Assembly (NCBI GenBank): GCA_964599625.1
Contig: CAZRGC010000004.1
Location: 11,705-75,704 of the forward strand
Source: an uncultured Gammaproteobacteria bacterium
Lineage (GTDB): Bacteria > Patescibacteriota > Microgenomatia > UBA8517
Direction of reading: 5' to 3'
Length of the DNA stretch: 64,000 bases
In this document: piece after piece, positions 1 to 9,358 of the stretch
Layout of the letters: each line of letters starts with the position of its first letter
How positions within the stretch are numbered: position 1 is the stretch's first letter
The notes under the pieces: model-generated
What the model saw: only the letters and a program-made list of their open reading frames with translations
Databases searched by the model: none
Told to the model about the DNA's origin: nothing
Position numbers and translations under genes: made by a program

Positions 1-150
1 GGTATTGAATGCACCAACAAAAGTTGTATGTACTCTAACAGAACCCGCCCCCAGAAAAGTTATGGAGGTGGCGCAGGTCAAACCGGTTTTGACCGAGGAC
101 AAAGATCGCGATATAATCAAGGTAGCCGAGGAGATTTTCGGCAACTAAAT

Positions 151-432
151 ATGTTCGACAAATTTAAACAACTAGGACAGCTCAACGATATGCGCAAAAA
201 AGCGCAGGAACTCCAAAAAGAGCTGGAAAAAATAATTGAAACTTTGGAAAAGAACGGCTGGTCTGTTTCTGTCACTGGGGATCAAAAAATTAGGTATATC
301 AAAAAAGACGGTCAGGATATGAAAGAGCTGGTTGATTTGATTAATGAAGCAATGAAAAAAGTTCAAAAAGAATCCGCCAAAAAGATGATGGAAATGGGTG
401 GCGGCCTTGGCGGGCTTTTGGGACTTAAATAA
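151..432 (+). CDS. ybaB: Nucleoid-associated protein YbaB/EbfC family
   Basis: From Met at 151, MFDKFKQLGQLNDMRKKAQELQKELEKI matches the YbaB N-terminus pattern ([23 protein letters not shown]) and the C-terminal Gly-rich tail. The ORF stays open upstream to 28 with an RG/GG-rich extension, so the start is uncertain. Confidence 0.8.
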   Translation: MFDKFKQLGQLNDMRKKAQELQKELEKIIETLEKNGWSVSVTGDQKIRYIKKDGQDMKELVDLINEAMKKVQKESAKKMMEMGGGLGGLLGLK

Positions 433-492
433 CTTCAAAGGCAAAACTTCTTGATTAGTGAAAAAGCTTGTACATTTGTCTAAAATGTATTT

Positions 493-1875
493 GTGGACCG
501 CTCAAAAATATTTAAGATCGCCTCGACGCTAGTTATTTTTATAGGAGCTGTAATTGGTGTTTATCTTGTAGGAATAAAAACAGGTTTTATCAATAAAGCC
601 TCGGGTGTTGCTGCTGATATAGTTGTCGATGCAGGAAATACTTTCAAAAATCCGGGAGATTGTTGGAGAAATTTGGCCCAAGGTGGAGAGTCGGGGCAGC
701 GGATGCTTTCCGGAGTCATACCCCAAGTTAAAAAATTAGGACCAAATTACATTAGGATTGATCACATTTTTGACCACTACGAACTTGTGTCCAAAGACGG
801 CGGCGGCAATATTAATCTTAATTGGACAAAATTGGACGAAACTGTAAATGACATTAGAGCCACAGGGGCGACTCCTTTTTTGAGCCTTTCTTACATGCCG
901 ATTCCGCTTTCTGCAGACGGAACTGTTACAGGAAAACCTGCCAATTGGTCTGACTGGGAGTATTTGGTTCAAAAAACAATTGAACACTACAGTGGCACAT
1001 TGGGTATTTCGGGAGTCTATTACGAAGTTTGGAACGAACCTGATTTATTTGGAGAATTTAAAAACGGAGGAGCCAAAAGCTATCCAGAACTTTATGTCCA
1101 CAGTGTAAACGCAGCTTCCAGGGCGGCGGGGGTAAAGTATTTTAAGATTGGCGGACCGGGAACATCGGGCCTTTATAAAAACTGGATAGAGACGATGCTT
1201 AATCTAACACAGAACAAAAATGTAAGAGTGGATTTTCTGTCGTGGCACAACTATTACATGGATGCAGACCGTTACGACAAAGATATACAAAACATATTTA
1301 ATTGGATTTCTTCACACCCTGAATATGTGGATATAGAACTAGTCGTTTCGGAAATGGGAATCGATCCCAAAAATAATTCCGCGTACGACGGAAACTTGTC
1401 CGCGATAAATACAATATCTGCCGTTACTGCCCTGCAAGGCAACGTAAACAAATGTTTTACTTTTGAAATAATTGATGGTGAGGGTCCGTCTAAATTTTGG
1501 GGAAGATGGGGGATTTTAACTCATGGTAAATTCGGTGCACCGGAAGAAAAGCCCAGGTACCGTGCATTGCAATTTTTGAATAGAATGCAAGGCGATCGCA
1601 TATCGGTTAGGGGCTCGGGAAGTTGGGTCAAAGCTTTTGGTCGTCATGATGGAAAGAACCTTAGAGTTTTGGTTAGCAATTACGCCCCCGACGGACATCA
1701 GGAAGCGGTTCCTTTGAAACTTATAAATATTCCCTATAAAAAGTTTTCGGTTAAAACATTAAGATTTTTGGGTGCAACATCCACACAGTCTGTGGAAATT
1801 GATGGTGATAGTTGGAGTACCGAATTAGGGATGTCTCCAAATACCGCCGTAATAGTTGAAGTAACTCCAGAATGA
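493..1875 (+). CDS. Membrane-anchored glycoside hydrolase, clan GH-A (GH39/GH5-like)
   Basis: GTG start. N-terminal TM helix. YYEVWNEPDLFG acid/base motif typical of clan GH-A (WNEP). Candidate nucleophile region VVSEMGID. 460 aa. Confidence 0.5.
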   Translation: MDRSKIFKIASTLVIFIGAVIGVYLVGIKTGFINKASGVAADIVVDAGNTFKNPGDCWRNLAQGGESGQRMLSGVIPQVKKLGPNYIRIDHIFDHYELVSKDGGGNINLNWTKLDETVNDIRATGATPFLSLSYMPIPLSADGTVTGKPANWSDWEYLVQKTIEHYSGTLGISGVYYEVWNEPDLFGEFKNGGAKSYPELYVHSVNAASRAAGVKYFKIGGPGTSGLYKNWIETMLNLTQNKNVRVDFLSWHNYYMDADRYDKDIQNIFNWISSHPEYVDIELVVSEMGIDPKNNSAYDGNLSAINTISAVTALQGNVNKCFTFEIIDGEGPSKFWGRWGILTHGKFGAPEEKPRYRALQFLNRMQGDRISVRGSGSWVKAFGRHDGKNLRVLVSNYAPDGHQEAVPLKLINIPYKKFSVKTLRFLGATSTQSVEIDGDSWSTELGMSPNTAVIVEVTPE

Positions 1876-1920
1876 TTGTAAATTAGAATGCTTAACAGAT
1901 ATACATACAAACGCTAATTT

Positions 1921-2532
1921 ATGAAAATCGCCAGACCAATCGCAGCCCTAATTGAATCTTTTGGAAAACTTCCCGGTATTGGCCCTAAAAGCGCGCAGAG
2001 GCTTACATATTATTTGTTGCATGTTCCGCAAACTCAACTCGATGACTTTGCAGAAGCTTTGGCCCGCATAAAAAAAGATACCAAGTTATGTGGAGTCTGT
2101 ATGAACATCTCCGATTCAGATCCCTGCTCGGTTTGTTCTGATTTGTCTCGTGACAAAGCACAAATTATGGTTGTAGAGCAGCCTTTGGATATTCTTGCGT
2201 TTGAAAGGACAGGTAAGTACCGCGGACTTTATCATGTTCTTCATGGGGCCATAAGCCCGCTGGAAAATATTGGTCCGGATGAAATTTACATTGATCAACT
2301 TTTTAAAAGATTAGAGTTGGGCGGGATAAACGAAATTATTGTTGCAACCAACCCCACAATGGAAGGCGAAGCAACAGCGCTTTATCTTTCAAAAAAAATC
2401 AAAGAGGATTTTACAAACGGAAAAAGTGTTTCTGTTAGCCGCTTGGGTATGGGTATTCCAACCGGTGCCGATTTAGAATATGCTGATGAAATGACATTAA
2501 CACAAGCCTTGAACGGAAGAAGAGAATTGTAA
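1921..2532 (+). CDS. recR: Recombination protein RecR
   Basis: N-terminal HhH (LPGIGPKSAQRL). C4 zinc finger CGVCMNISDSDPCSVC. Toprim-like C-terminal region. 203 aa. Confidence 0.9.
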   Translation: MKIARPIAALIESFGKLPGIGPKSAQRLTYYLLHVPQTQLDDFAEALARIKKDTKLCGVCMNISDSDPCSVCSDLSRDKAQIMVVEQPLDILAFERTGKYRGLYHVLHGAISPLENIGPDEIYIDQLFKRLELGGINEIIVATNPTMEGEATALYLSKKIKEDFTNGKSVSVSRLGMGIPTGADLEYADEMTLTQALNGRREL

Positions 2533-2540
2533 CTAATCAA

Positions 2541-3104
2541 ATGCAGCAAAATCCCGCCCAAAAAGCCGTGAGTGGTGCAAAGGCACTTGCACAACAGATT
2601 GCAAAGCAAATCAATGACGAGTCACAAGAGGTATTAAGAACAGCGGCAAGTCAGGTGACAGGTAACGAAAAAGTCAGATCCAACGAGCAAGCACAGCAGA
2701 CTCCGCGCTCATCCGACGAACAAGCAAAACTTATAGCCCACCAACAGGAGCTTCAGGACAGGATGAAAAGCAGCAGGATGATGGACGCTTTTAAAAGAGA
2801 ACTGGATGATATAAGGAAGCAGGATGTTTTTAAGACTTTGCAAAGGAAAATTGCAGAAGGCGAGGAGCCGCCACTCACAGATTATCAAGAGCTTTCTATG
2901 GAACAAAGACAAGTGTTAAAAGCTCAATTGGAAGCGGCAATTTATCAAAAGAAGCAACGGGAATACCAAAAGTCATTGGAGTCTAAACCTTTGTTTGGTG
3001 GTTCCAAGAAAGGTCGTAAACAAGGTGGGGGTGGTAAAGGTCAAAAGGGTGAAATGGAAAAGCAACAAACAAGGGTTGAAAAACCGGTCCCTCCCTCGGG
3101 TTAA
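2541..3104 (+). CDS. Hypothetical Gln/Lys-rich coiled-coil protein
   Basis: Starts 9 nt after recR. Low-complexity Q/K/E-rich sequence with a Gly-Lys-rich tail. No recognisable domain. Confidence 0.4.
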   Translation: MQQNPAQKAVSGAKALAQQIAKQINDESQEVLRTAASQVTGNEKVRSNEQAQQTPRSSDEQAKLIAHQQELQDRMKSSRMMDAFKRELDDIRKQDVFKTLQRKIAEGEEPPLTDYQELSMEQRQVLKAQLEAAIYQKKQREYQKSLESKPLFGGSKKGRKQGGGGKGQKGEMEKQQTRVEKPVPPSG

Positions 3105-3110
3105 AGTTTA

Positions 3111-3149
3111 AAAAAACCGAGGCGGGAAATTTTTTATTTTTCCCGCCTC
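3111..3149 (-). terminator. Intrinsic terminator (usable from both strands) between convergent genes
   Basis: Stem GAGGCGGGA (3119-3127) pairs with TCCCGCCTC (3141-3149) around an AT-rich loop. On the minus strand the stem is followed by a T7 run. It lies between the + gene ending at 3104 and the - gene ending at 3158. Confidence 0.6.
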
Positions 3150-3157
3150 AGAGGCAA

Positions 3158-4063
3158 TTATTTGGCAAGCATTTCAGCAACATTAAGGTTTATCATTTCA
3201 CTTTGGACAGGTGTAAAAATGGATCCCCAGGGTTGCCCGAAATGGTGCATCTCGCTCCACATTATGTTGTAACTGGGATTGTAGTACGAAAAAAGCGGCC
3301 GACCGTTACAACTTCCCACCTGATATACCGGAGGGTTTTCCACTTTTGCTACGGCAGCTTTCAAAATATCCGGCTGATCATCGGCAAACCAGAGTTCGTT
3401 GTTTGGAAGGGATTCGGGGTTGCGATATGCCGGGTAGCCGTCATCCAAACCAAAGATATGGCCCATTTCGTGGGATACAACAAGATCTATGTTTGCGGTG
3501 TTTGCGGATATTGTTATTTCGTAATCGTAGGCGCTTGCAAAGGCTTCGTTTGAGTTGATTACAAATACAATAACTGCATGATCGGCTCTCGAATCAATCC
3601 TTTCTTTGAACGCATAAAATTCGTCCCAGTTCAGAAAGTTTGCAGAGTACTGCAGTAGGTTGATGCCGATGGGAATAGATCTGTCTATATACCCAAAATC
3701 CAGGTTGACGTCACCAAAGTTGGCCTTGATACCTTTGGTCAGTTCGGAGATTGTCTTGTCCGCCGCGCCTTCAGAAAACCCGACGGGCGCAAAAATAATT
3801 GCAAAATTATTTTCGGAAAAGTTTTCCTGGCCGACAATATTGAAATCCATCGTCTTTACCTGTTCAAGGTCGCCCTGTGCAATTATTTTGACAGCTTCTG
3901 GCGGAATTGGTGTGCCTGCAGCCGACTGGTCAACAAGATTGGAACTCGGCGTGATTGCGCAATAGTCATAGAGCTCAGACAAAGTTCTTGTGGCCTGTGC
4001 AGACGGGGCACAGGCTGTGAGGAACAGTAATCCGGTAAGGAAGATTTGGGCAAATTTCTTCAT
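3158..4063 (-). CDS. Lipoprotein zinc metalloprotease (HEXXHXXGXXD metzincin-like)
   Basis: Signal peptide with lipobox LTAC. Motif VVSHEMGHIFGLDDGY (HEXXHXXGXXD, snapalysin/metzincin-like). Confidence 0.6.
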   Translation of the reverse strand: MKKFAQIFLTGLLFLTACAPSAQATRTLSELYDYCAITPSSNLVDQSAAGTPIPPEAVKIIAQGDLEQVKTMDFNIVGQENFSENNFAIIFAPVGFSEGAADKTISELTKGIKANFGDVNLDFGYIDRSIPIGINLLQYSANFLNWDEFYAFKERIDSRADHAVIVFVINSNEAFASAYDYEITISANTANIDLVVSHEMGHIFGLDDGYPAYRNPESLPNNELWFADDQPDILKAAVAKVENPPVYQVGSCNGRPLFSYYNPSYNIMWSEMHHFGQPWGSIFTPVQSEMINLNVAEMLAK

Positions 4064-4158
4064 TGTTCATCCTTTTGATGTTAATGATCTTGCGAAGATG
4101 GAATTATACCATATTATAGGCTGGAAATATGTTCGCTGATGATTTTTGTCCACAAACT

Positions 4159-4167
4159 GCTAGAATT
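4159..4167 (+). promoter_or_regulatory. Extended -10 promoter element (TGCTAGAAT) upstream of cysS
   Basis: TGnTAGAAT about 40 nt upstream of the cysS ATG. No clear -35. Confidence 0.3.
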
Positions 4168-4206
4168 TAATTCGAAATACTTATTTTCATAATACATATT
4201 TTCATA

Positions 4207-5616
4207 ATGGATATTTGTTTGACAAATACAGTTTCTCGGAAAAAAGAAAAATTTGAACCCATCAAACTTCCAAATGTGGGAATGTATACCTGTGGCATGA
4301 CTGTTTATGACTATGCGCACATTGGACACGGAAGAAAATATGTGACAGACGATGTTCTCAAAAGAGTTTTGACTTTTGGAGGATACAAAGTTAATCATGT
4401 TCAAAATGTTACGGATGTCGGGCATTTGGTGTCCGATGGTGACGAGGGTGAAGACAAACTTGAAAAAGGTGCCACAAAACAAGGAAAAACAGTTTGGGAA
4501 GTGGCTGAATTTTTTACAAAAAACTTCTACGACTCAATGGATGCGCTCAATATCATTCGCCCGAACGTAATTTGCAAAGCCACTGACAATATTCCTGAAC
4601 AGATAGAAATGGTAAGAAAGCTTGTGGAAAAAGGTTTTGCCTACGATACTGTCGAAGCTGTTTATTTTGATGTCGCAAAGTTTCCCAAGTACGGTGAAGC
4701 CTTTGGTCAAAAGCTTTCCGAAAAACAAGTTGGGGTTCGCGAGGAGGTCAAGACTGATGAAAACAAACGCAATCCCCAGGACTTTGCGCTTTGGTTCAAA
4801 AGAGTTGGCAGATTCGAAAATCACACTATGCATTGGGATTCTCCTTGGGGCGACGGGTTTCCGGGTTGGCACATCGAGTGCTCTGCGATGAGCGTCAAAT
4901 ACTTAGGTGAACAGTTTGACATACACACAGGCGGAGAAGACCATATAAGCGTTCATCACCCCAACGAAATTGCACAAACTGAAGCGGCAACCGGAAAAGA
5001 ACCCTTTGTAAAATACTGGCTACACACCGCATTTCTAATGGTGGACGGAAAGAAGATGAGTAAGAGTCTTGGCAATTTCTATACCATTGAAGATGTGGTT
5101 AAAAAGGGAATATATCCTATGGCACTCAGATACTTATACCTGACCGCACACTACAGAGATCCAATGAATTTTACATGGGAAAGTTTGGAGGGGGCTCAAA
5201 GTGCGCTCGTTAGGCTTTGGAAAATCGTATCAGAACTTAGGAGCGAAAATGATAGAACGGTTTTGTCTGACGAAAAAATGAGCAAATTGGAAGAGTACAG
5301 AAATCGATTCCTTGATTCAGTTAACGATGATTTAAATACACCCAAAGCAATAGGTGTGTTGTGGGAAGTGGTCAAAAGCAACGTTCCTTCAACAGACAAG
5401 CTTGGTTTTTTGGATATGGCAAACGAAACATTGGGTCTTTGGCGGGAGAGTGATTTGGAAAAGATTGCAGCCCAAAAAGAAATCCCCGACGATATAAAAA
5501 AGCTTTTACAAAAAAGAGAGGATTTGCGTTTGCAAAAGAATTTTGAAGAAGCGGATAAAATCCGTGATGAAATTATATCTAAGGGCTTTGATGTTTCCGA
5601 CACCTCTGCAAAATGA
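4207..5616 (+). CDS. cysS: Cysteine--tRNA ligase
   Basis: HIGH motif (YAHIGHGR), KMSKS motif, and a class I CysRS N-terminus ([18 protein letters not shown]). Confidence 0.95.
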   Translation: MDICLTNTVSRKKEKFEPIKLPNVGMYTCGMTVYDYAHIGHGRKYVTDDVLKRVLTFGGYKVNHVQNVTDVGHLVSDGDEGEDKLEKGATKQGKTVWEVAEFFTKNFYDSMDALNIIRPNVICKATDNIPEQIEMVRKLVEKGFAYDTVEAVYFDVAKFPKYGEAFGQKLSEKQVGVREEVKTDENKRNPQDFALWFKRVGRFENHTMHWDSPWGDGFPGWHIECSAMSVKYLGEQFDIHTGGEDHISVHHPNEIAQTEAATGKEPFVKYWLHTAFLMVDGKKMSKSLGNFYTIEDVVKKGIYPMALRYLYLTAHYRDPMNFTWESLEGAQSALVRLWKIVSELRSENDRTVLSDEKMSKLEEYRNRFLDSVNDDLNTPKAIGVLWEVVKSNVPSTDKLGFLDMANETLGLWRESDLEKIAAQKEIPDDIKKLLQKREDLRLQKNFEEADKIRDEIISKGFDVSDTSAK

Positions 5617-6260
5617 AAGTAACCGCTGTTATTTTTGATTTAAACGGTACAGTTTTAGACGATGAGGATCAATATGGCCTGGCATTCAATAAAATTTTGA
5701 GAAGTTTGGGTATAGACGCAAACAAAGAAATTCCTCAGACTTTGGGAATTGGAGTCAAGGAAAACTGGCCCCTCCTTATTGAAAAATATAATATAAAGAC
5801 AGATAAAACCCCGGAAGTCTTGGCACACGAAACGCAGGAGGCATATCTTGATCAGATAACAGGAATAAATGTAAGAACTGGTTTCGAGGAATTTGCAGAA
5901 GGGTTAAAAGATTCAGGTATAAAAATTGCACTTGCTACCAGTAACACCTGGGAAGTGGTTGACAAGATTTTATCCAAAGTCGAACTCGATAACTATTTTG
6001 AGGAAATAACAACTGCCGACGAAGTTGCCTATACAAAACCCGACCCCGATCTTTTTTTGCTCTCTGCTGACAAGCTGGGGGTGGAGAGGTCTGAGTGTTT
6101 GGTTGTCGAAGATGCTGTGAGCGGTGTTACCGCTGCACACCGGGCGGGTATGAAAGTTGTAGCAATATCACGGGATGACAATGTCGAACTTCTGAAAGAG
6201 GCAGACTTGGTTGTAGAAGGCTTTTCAGAACTTTCACCAAAGGTTTTGGCGGAGTTGTAA
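5613..6260 (+). CDS. HAD-superfamily hydrolase (beta-phosphoglucomutase/phosphatase-like)
   Basis: Motif I is FDLNGTV (a DxN variant of DxDGT). ATSNT motif II. Lys and EDAVSGV motif III/IV. Overlaps the cysS stop by 4 nt. Confidence 0.7.
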   Translation: MKVTAVIFDLNGTVLDDEDQYGLAFNKILRSLGIDANKEIPQTLGIGVKENWPLLIEKYNIKTDKTPEVLAHETQEAYLDQITGINVRTGFEEFAEGLKDSGIKIALATSNTWEVVDKILSKVELDNYFEEITTADEVAYTKPDPDLFLLSADKLGVERSECLVVEDAVSGVTAAHRAGMKVVAISRDDNVELLKEADLVVEGFSELSPKVLAEL

Positions 6261-6329
6261 ATAAAGAAAATATTGTAATTGCACTTTCAGTCATTGTATT
6301 ATGGTTTGTATACTATATATACTTAATCC

Positions 6330-7034
6330 ATGCCTACTCAAACAGATCAAAAATCTCCATTCGAAATAGTTACGCCCGCAAAATCAAAAAAGACAGGTAA
6401 TAAGGGTTTGATTGTTGCAATCTTGATTGTGGTTTTTCTTATTTTGAGCGTTGTTGCGGGTGTCCTTTTGGTAAAACAAAGACAAAATATTTCGGAGAAG
6501 GCGGCAGCAAACCTATGTCCTGCTGCTGAGGCCTGTCCCGTTACGACACAAAGAACACTTTTGCGAAATTGTCATCCTCCCGAGAGCGACGGCAGTCCCG
6601 CTGAAAGCCTTTGTAACGTTAGGGGAAGGGTTGAGTTTTGTGGCACTCAAAATTATTGTTGTCCTGGACCCAATCAGCCTTGGACAACAGACATGACTGC
6701 ATGTGCAACACCAACACCCAGTCCTACACCCACCGCGACTCCAACGCCTAGCCCAACCCCCACACATACCGCAACTCCTGCTGCAACCGCAACACCAACA
6801 GGAACCGCAACTCCTGCTGCAACCGCAACACCAACAGGAACAGGAACACCAAAAGCGACTGCGACTGCAACTGCCACAGCAAAACCAACAGCCAGTGCAA
6901 CCGCCACACCTGCGCCAACAACAGCATCTGCAACAGCCATGCCTATTCCAGTAACCGGAACAGATTGGCCAACGGTCGCAGCCGCAGCTTTGGGAATTGG
7001 CGTGATAATAGCATCTATACTAATTGCCCTCTAA
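6330..7034 (+). CDS. Cell-surface protein with N-terminal TM anchor, Cys-rich module, Thr/Pro/Ala repeat stalk and C-terminal hydrophobic segment
   Basis: TM helix at about residues 25-47. Eight Cys within about 60 residues. A TPTPSPTPTATP...TATPAATATPTG x2 repeat region. C-terminal IPVTGTD followed by a hydrophobic helix (LPXTG-like). Confidence 0.5.
   Translation: MPTQTDQKSPFEIVTPAKSKKTGNKGLIVAILIVVFLILSVVAGVLLVKQRQNISEKAAANLCPAAEACPVTTQRTLLRNCHPPESDGSPAESLCNVRGRVEFCGTQNYCCPGPNQPWTTDMTACATPTPSPTPTATPTPSPTPTHTATPAATATPTGTATPAATATPTGTGTPKATATATATAKPTASATATPAPTTASATAMPIPVTGTDWPTVAAAALGIGVIIASILIAL
6768..6839 (+). repeat. Perfect 36-nt tandem duplication (2 copies) inside the surface-protein gene
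   Basis: ACCGCAACTCCTGCTGCAACCGCAACACCAACAGGA at 6768-6803 is repeated exactly at 6804-6839 and encodes TATPAATATPTG twice. Confidence 0.9.
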
Positions 7035-7096
7035 GTAATTGGCTACAATTCGCTTCAAATACGGTATTTTGTTGACTCTCTACAATAGAAGTTAAT

Positions 7097-7420
7097 TTAA
7101 CTTAATTTAATTTTTTTGAGGTTAAACTGTTTTACAACTATGCCTATGTGGTCAATAAGCGGGAAGTGGCTTCTTACCTCTTGTTGGAATTTTTCGGCTA
7201 AGCCTCCTGTATAACTGCTATAGCCTGCTTTTTCGGAAGTTTTACAAAGTCTATCTTCCCATTCATGGATAATGGCCATTATCTTTTCTCCTTCGTGATT
7301 GAACTCTTCCTGGTATTTGTCTTCGTCCATTCCGTAGTTCATATGGACCTTGGCAAAATTGTCAAAGATTTCTTTGTTTTCGGTAACCATCCTGTCATAG
7401 TACTCTTTGTATTTGGTCAT
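7097..7420 (-). CDS. Hypothetical protein (107 aa)
   Basis: ORF with acidic/aromatic composition. No recognisable motif. Tandem with the next minus-strand gene. Confidence 0.35.
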   Translation of the reverse strand: MTKYKEYYDRMVTENKEIFDNFAKVHMNYGMDEDKYQEEFNHEGEKIMAIIHEWEDRLCKTSEKAGYSSYTGGLAEKFQQEVRSHFPLIDHIGIVVKQFNLKKIKLS

Positions 7421-7485
7421 GGCTCATTGTTATAAAAAATCAGGTTCAAATCAACTATTGATTTACAAAAAGTATAAGTCTAAGT

Positions 7486-8043
7486 TTAGTAGTTTTCTTT
7501 ACCGGGAGATCTTATTGTCCAGTCTTTTGCAAATGGAGTACCTTCAGTGGAAAGTCCCAGGTCTTTCATTCTTTTTATATATTCGGCTTCGTGATCTACT
7601 GGTTTGGGGCGGTCTGCTTCCATGCGTTTTATTATTTCTTCGCGTGTTTCATTGAACTTTGCTAGTGCTATCTGCCCCAATGTGTAGCCCGATTTATTTG
7701 GGTCGGGGATATTATGAAGCCAAAAAACAGGCGCATCTTCTTCCTTGTTATATCTCTTATATTCAGGACTCATCCTGGTTAGCCATGCGTTTGGATCTAC
7801 ACCTGTCAAAAGATATTCATATTCCAAAGGCATGAGTGTCTTGGCCAGTGTCATTTGTCTGGCACGGTCAAAAATCTCCATCACGCCTCCGTGGTTTTTA
7901 GCCTTGATTTGTACCTGGACTTCTTCAAATAATCTGTTGAATATGCGCCTGCTTGGATAACTCATAGTGTTGGATTTTACTCCTTGGGATGCCTTTAAGT
8001 CAAAGTTCTGGACAGCTTCCAAAATAGTGTTAGAATTTGCCAT
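7486..8043 (-). CDS. Hypothetical protein (185 aa)
   Basis: ORF with no recognisable domain. Its ATG (8043-8041) overlaps the divergent + gene start within the CATG tetranucleotide. Confidence 0.35.
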   Translation of the reverse strand: MANSNTILEAVQNFDLKASQGVKSNTMSYPSRRIFNRLFEEVQVQIKAKNHGGVMEIFDRARQMTLAKTLMPLEYEYLLTGVDPNAWLTRMSPEYKRYNKEEDAPVFWLHNIPDPNKSGYTLGQIALAKFNETREEIIKRMEADRPKPVDHEAEYIKRMKDLGLSTEGTPFAKDWTIRSPGKENY

Positions 8044-8659
8044 GAAAGAGTTGGGCTTCGAAAAACTTTTAGGAACTCCAAAAGAAGCCTTCGGTTTTTT
8101 GAAAAGCGTGTCGGTAGACGCTTCGCAAAGACTTTTTTATAGATTTTTTGCTGAGACTAATAACATTGATATCCCAAGTTTTCCACTTGGCGGTGAAGAA
8201 AATCTGGAACCTATACTTTCTTTTTTACCAAATGCGAGGGAGGGTTTTGCCTATGACCTCAGAAGCGATGAAATTACTCACGGACAAACCTCGGATATTT
8301 TGGCGATAACAACACCGGTAACGCTTAACGACCTGTTGACCGGACTGGAAATCAGAATCAAAAGAAAGGTGGAAAAGATGAATCCAAACCTGGCTTTGTA
8401 TCGTCACACAATTGCCACTTTATCGGTTCTTTCCGGACACGGAACTGTGGACAGAACTTCGTTTGCGAATGTGGGTGGAGGAATTTCTTATTGGCCAAGG
8501 GAACTGGACATTGAACATACTTGGGCTTTGATGGAAGAAATAGAAAATGCAACACGCGAAATGCTTTTGGATCCAAGCCCCACACACAATCAAAACTCCG
8601 CGGCCCGTGCTGCACACTTCTTTGCAGCTGGTGCTGTATTGGCAGAAAAATACAGGTAA
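8042..8659 (+). CDS. Hypothetical protein (206 aa; ORF open from 7967)
   Basis: Internal Met at 8042 gives a clean divergent arrangement with the minus gene. No recognisable domain. Confidence 0.35.
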   Translation: MKELGFEKLLGTPKEAFGFLKSVSVDASQRLFYRFFAETNNIDIPSFPLGGEENLEPILSFLPNAREGFAYDLRSDEITHGQTSDILAITTPVTLNDLLTGLEIRIKRKVEKMNPNLALYRHTIATLSVLSGHGTVDRTSFANVGGGISYWPRELDIEHTWALMEEIENATREMLLDPSPTHNQNSAARAAHFFAAGAVLAEKYR

Positions 8660-8703
8660 AAATTAAGTCAATTTTCAGCTTCGGCGTATAATATCAACTT
8701 ACG

Positions 8704-9357
8704 ATGAAAGTTCTTGTAGTAGAAGACGAACATAAAATTGGGAGTTCAATCAAGCGTGGATTTGAACAAGAAAGCTGGGCAGTAGACCTGGCTTTTGACG
8801 GCGAAACAGGTTTTGATATGGCCATGTCTGAGAGCTACGATGTCATAGTTTTGGATTTGATGCTTCCCAAAATGAACGGCTTAGAAGTTTGCAAGAAATT
8901 GCGTTCAGAAGGAAAACACACACCAGTTCTTATGCTTACAGCAAAAGGTGAGATGGGTGACAAGATGGATGGATTTGATTCAGGAGCCGACGACTATCTA
9001 GTAAAACCCTTTGCATTCGAGGAGCTTTTGGCAAGGGTCAAGGCAATTGGGAGACGTCCACCCGTAATCAGAAAAAATGTTTTAACTTCGGGGGACGTTA
9101 GTTTGGACACCACAAATTTTGTGGTTAAAAAGTCCGGAAATGAAGTTGCTCTTTCCAAAAAAGAATATTCTCTTTTGGAATTCTTTATAAAAAACAAGGG
9201 GAAGGTTCTTAGTAAAGAAAGTATAATTTCTCACGTTTGGGATTATGATGCAGATATTCTTCCAAACACAATTGAGGTTTTTGTGGGCTACCTGCGCAAC
9301 AAACTTGGAAAAGACTTCATACAAACAGTAAGAGGGTTTGGTTATAAAATAAACTAG
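8704..9357 (+). CDS. OmpR-family two-component response regulator
   Basis: Receiver domain (VLVVEDE...D...LMLTAK). Winged-helix C-terminal domain (VFVGYLRNKL...TVRGFGY). Confidence 0.9.
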   Translation: MKVLVVEDEHKIGSSIKRGFEQESWAVDLAFDGETGFDMAMSESYDVIVLDLMLPKMNGLEVCKKLRSEGKHTPVLMLTAKGEMGDKMDGFDSGADDYLVKPFAFEELLARVKAIGRRPPVIRKNVLTSGDVSLDTTNFVVKKSGNEVALSKKEYSLLEFFIKNKGKVLSKESIISHVWDYDADILPNTIEVFVGYLRNKLGKDFIQTVRGFGYKIN

Positions 9358-9358
9358 C

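Noticed and set aside
172-444. Antisense ORF inside ybaB, plus many similar 60-130-aa ORFs in the six-frame track (for example 529-726, 736-987, 2116-2298, 3203-3553, 4114-4482, 5196-5603, 15826-16218, 29714-30138, 59993-60667)
   Set aside because: They lie wholly inside, and antisense or out of frame to, well-supported conserved genes. They have low-complexity or odd composition and no motif, so they were treated as spurious.
6513-6954. Three overlapping ORFs (6513-6767 -, 6674-6940 -, 6703-6954 +) with Ala/Val/Gly- or Gln/Leu-rich translations
   Set aside because: They are artefacts of the ACC/GCA/CCA-rich repeat that encodes the Thr/Pro/Ala stalk of the surface protein. Any frame of such a repeat stays open.
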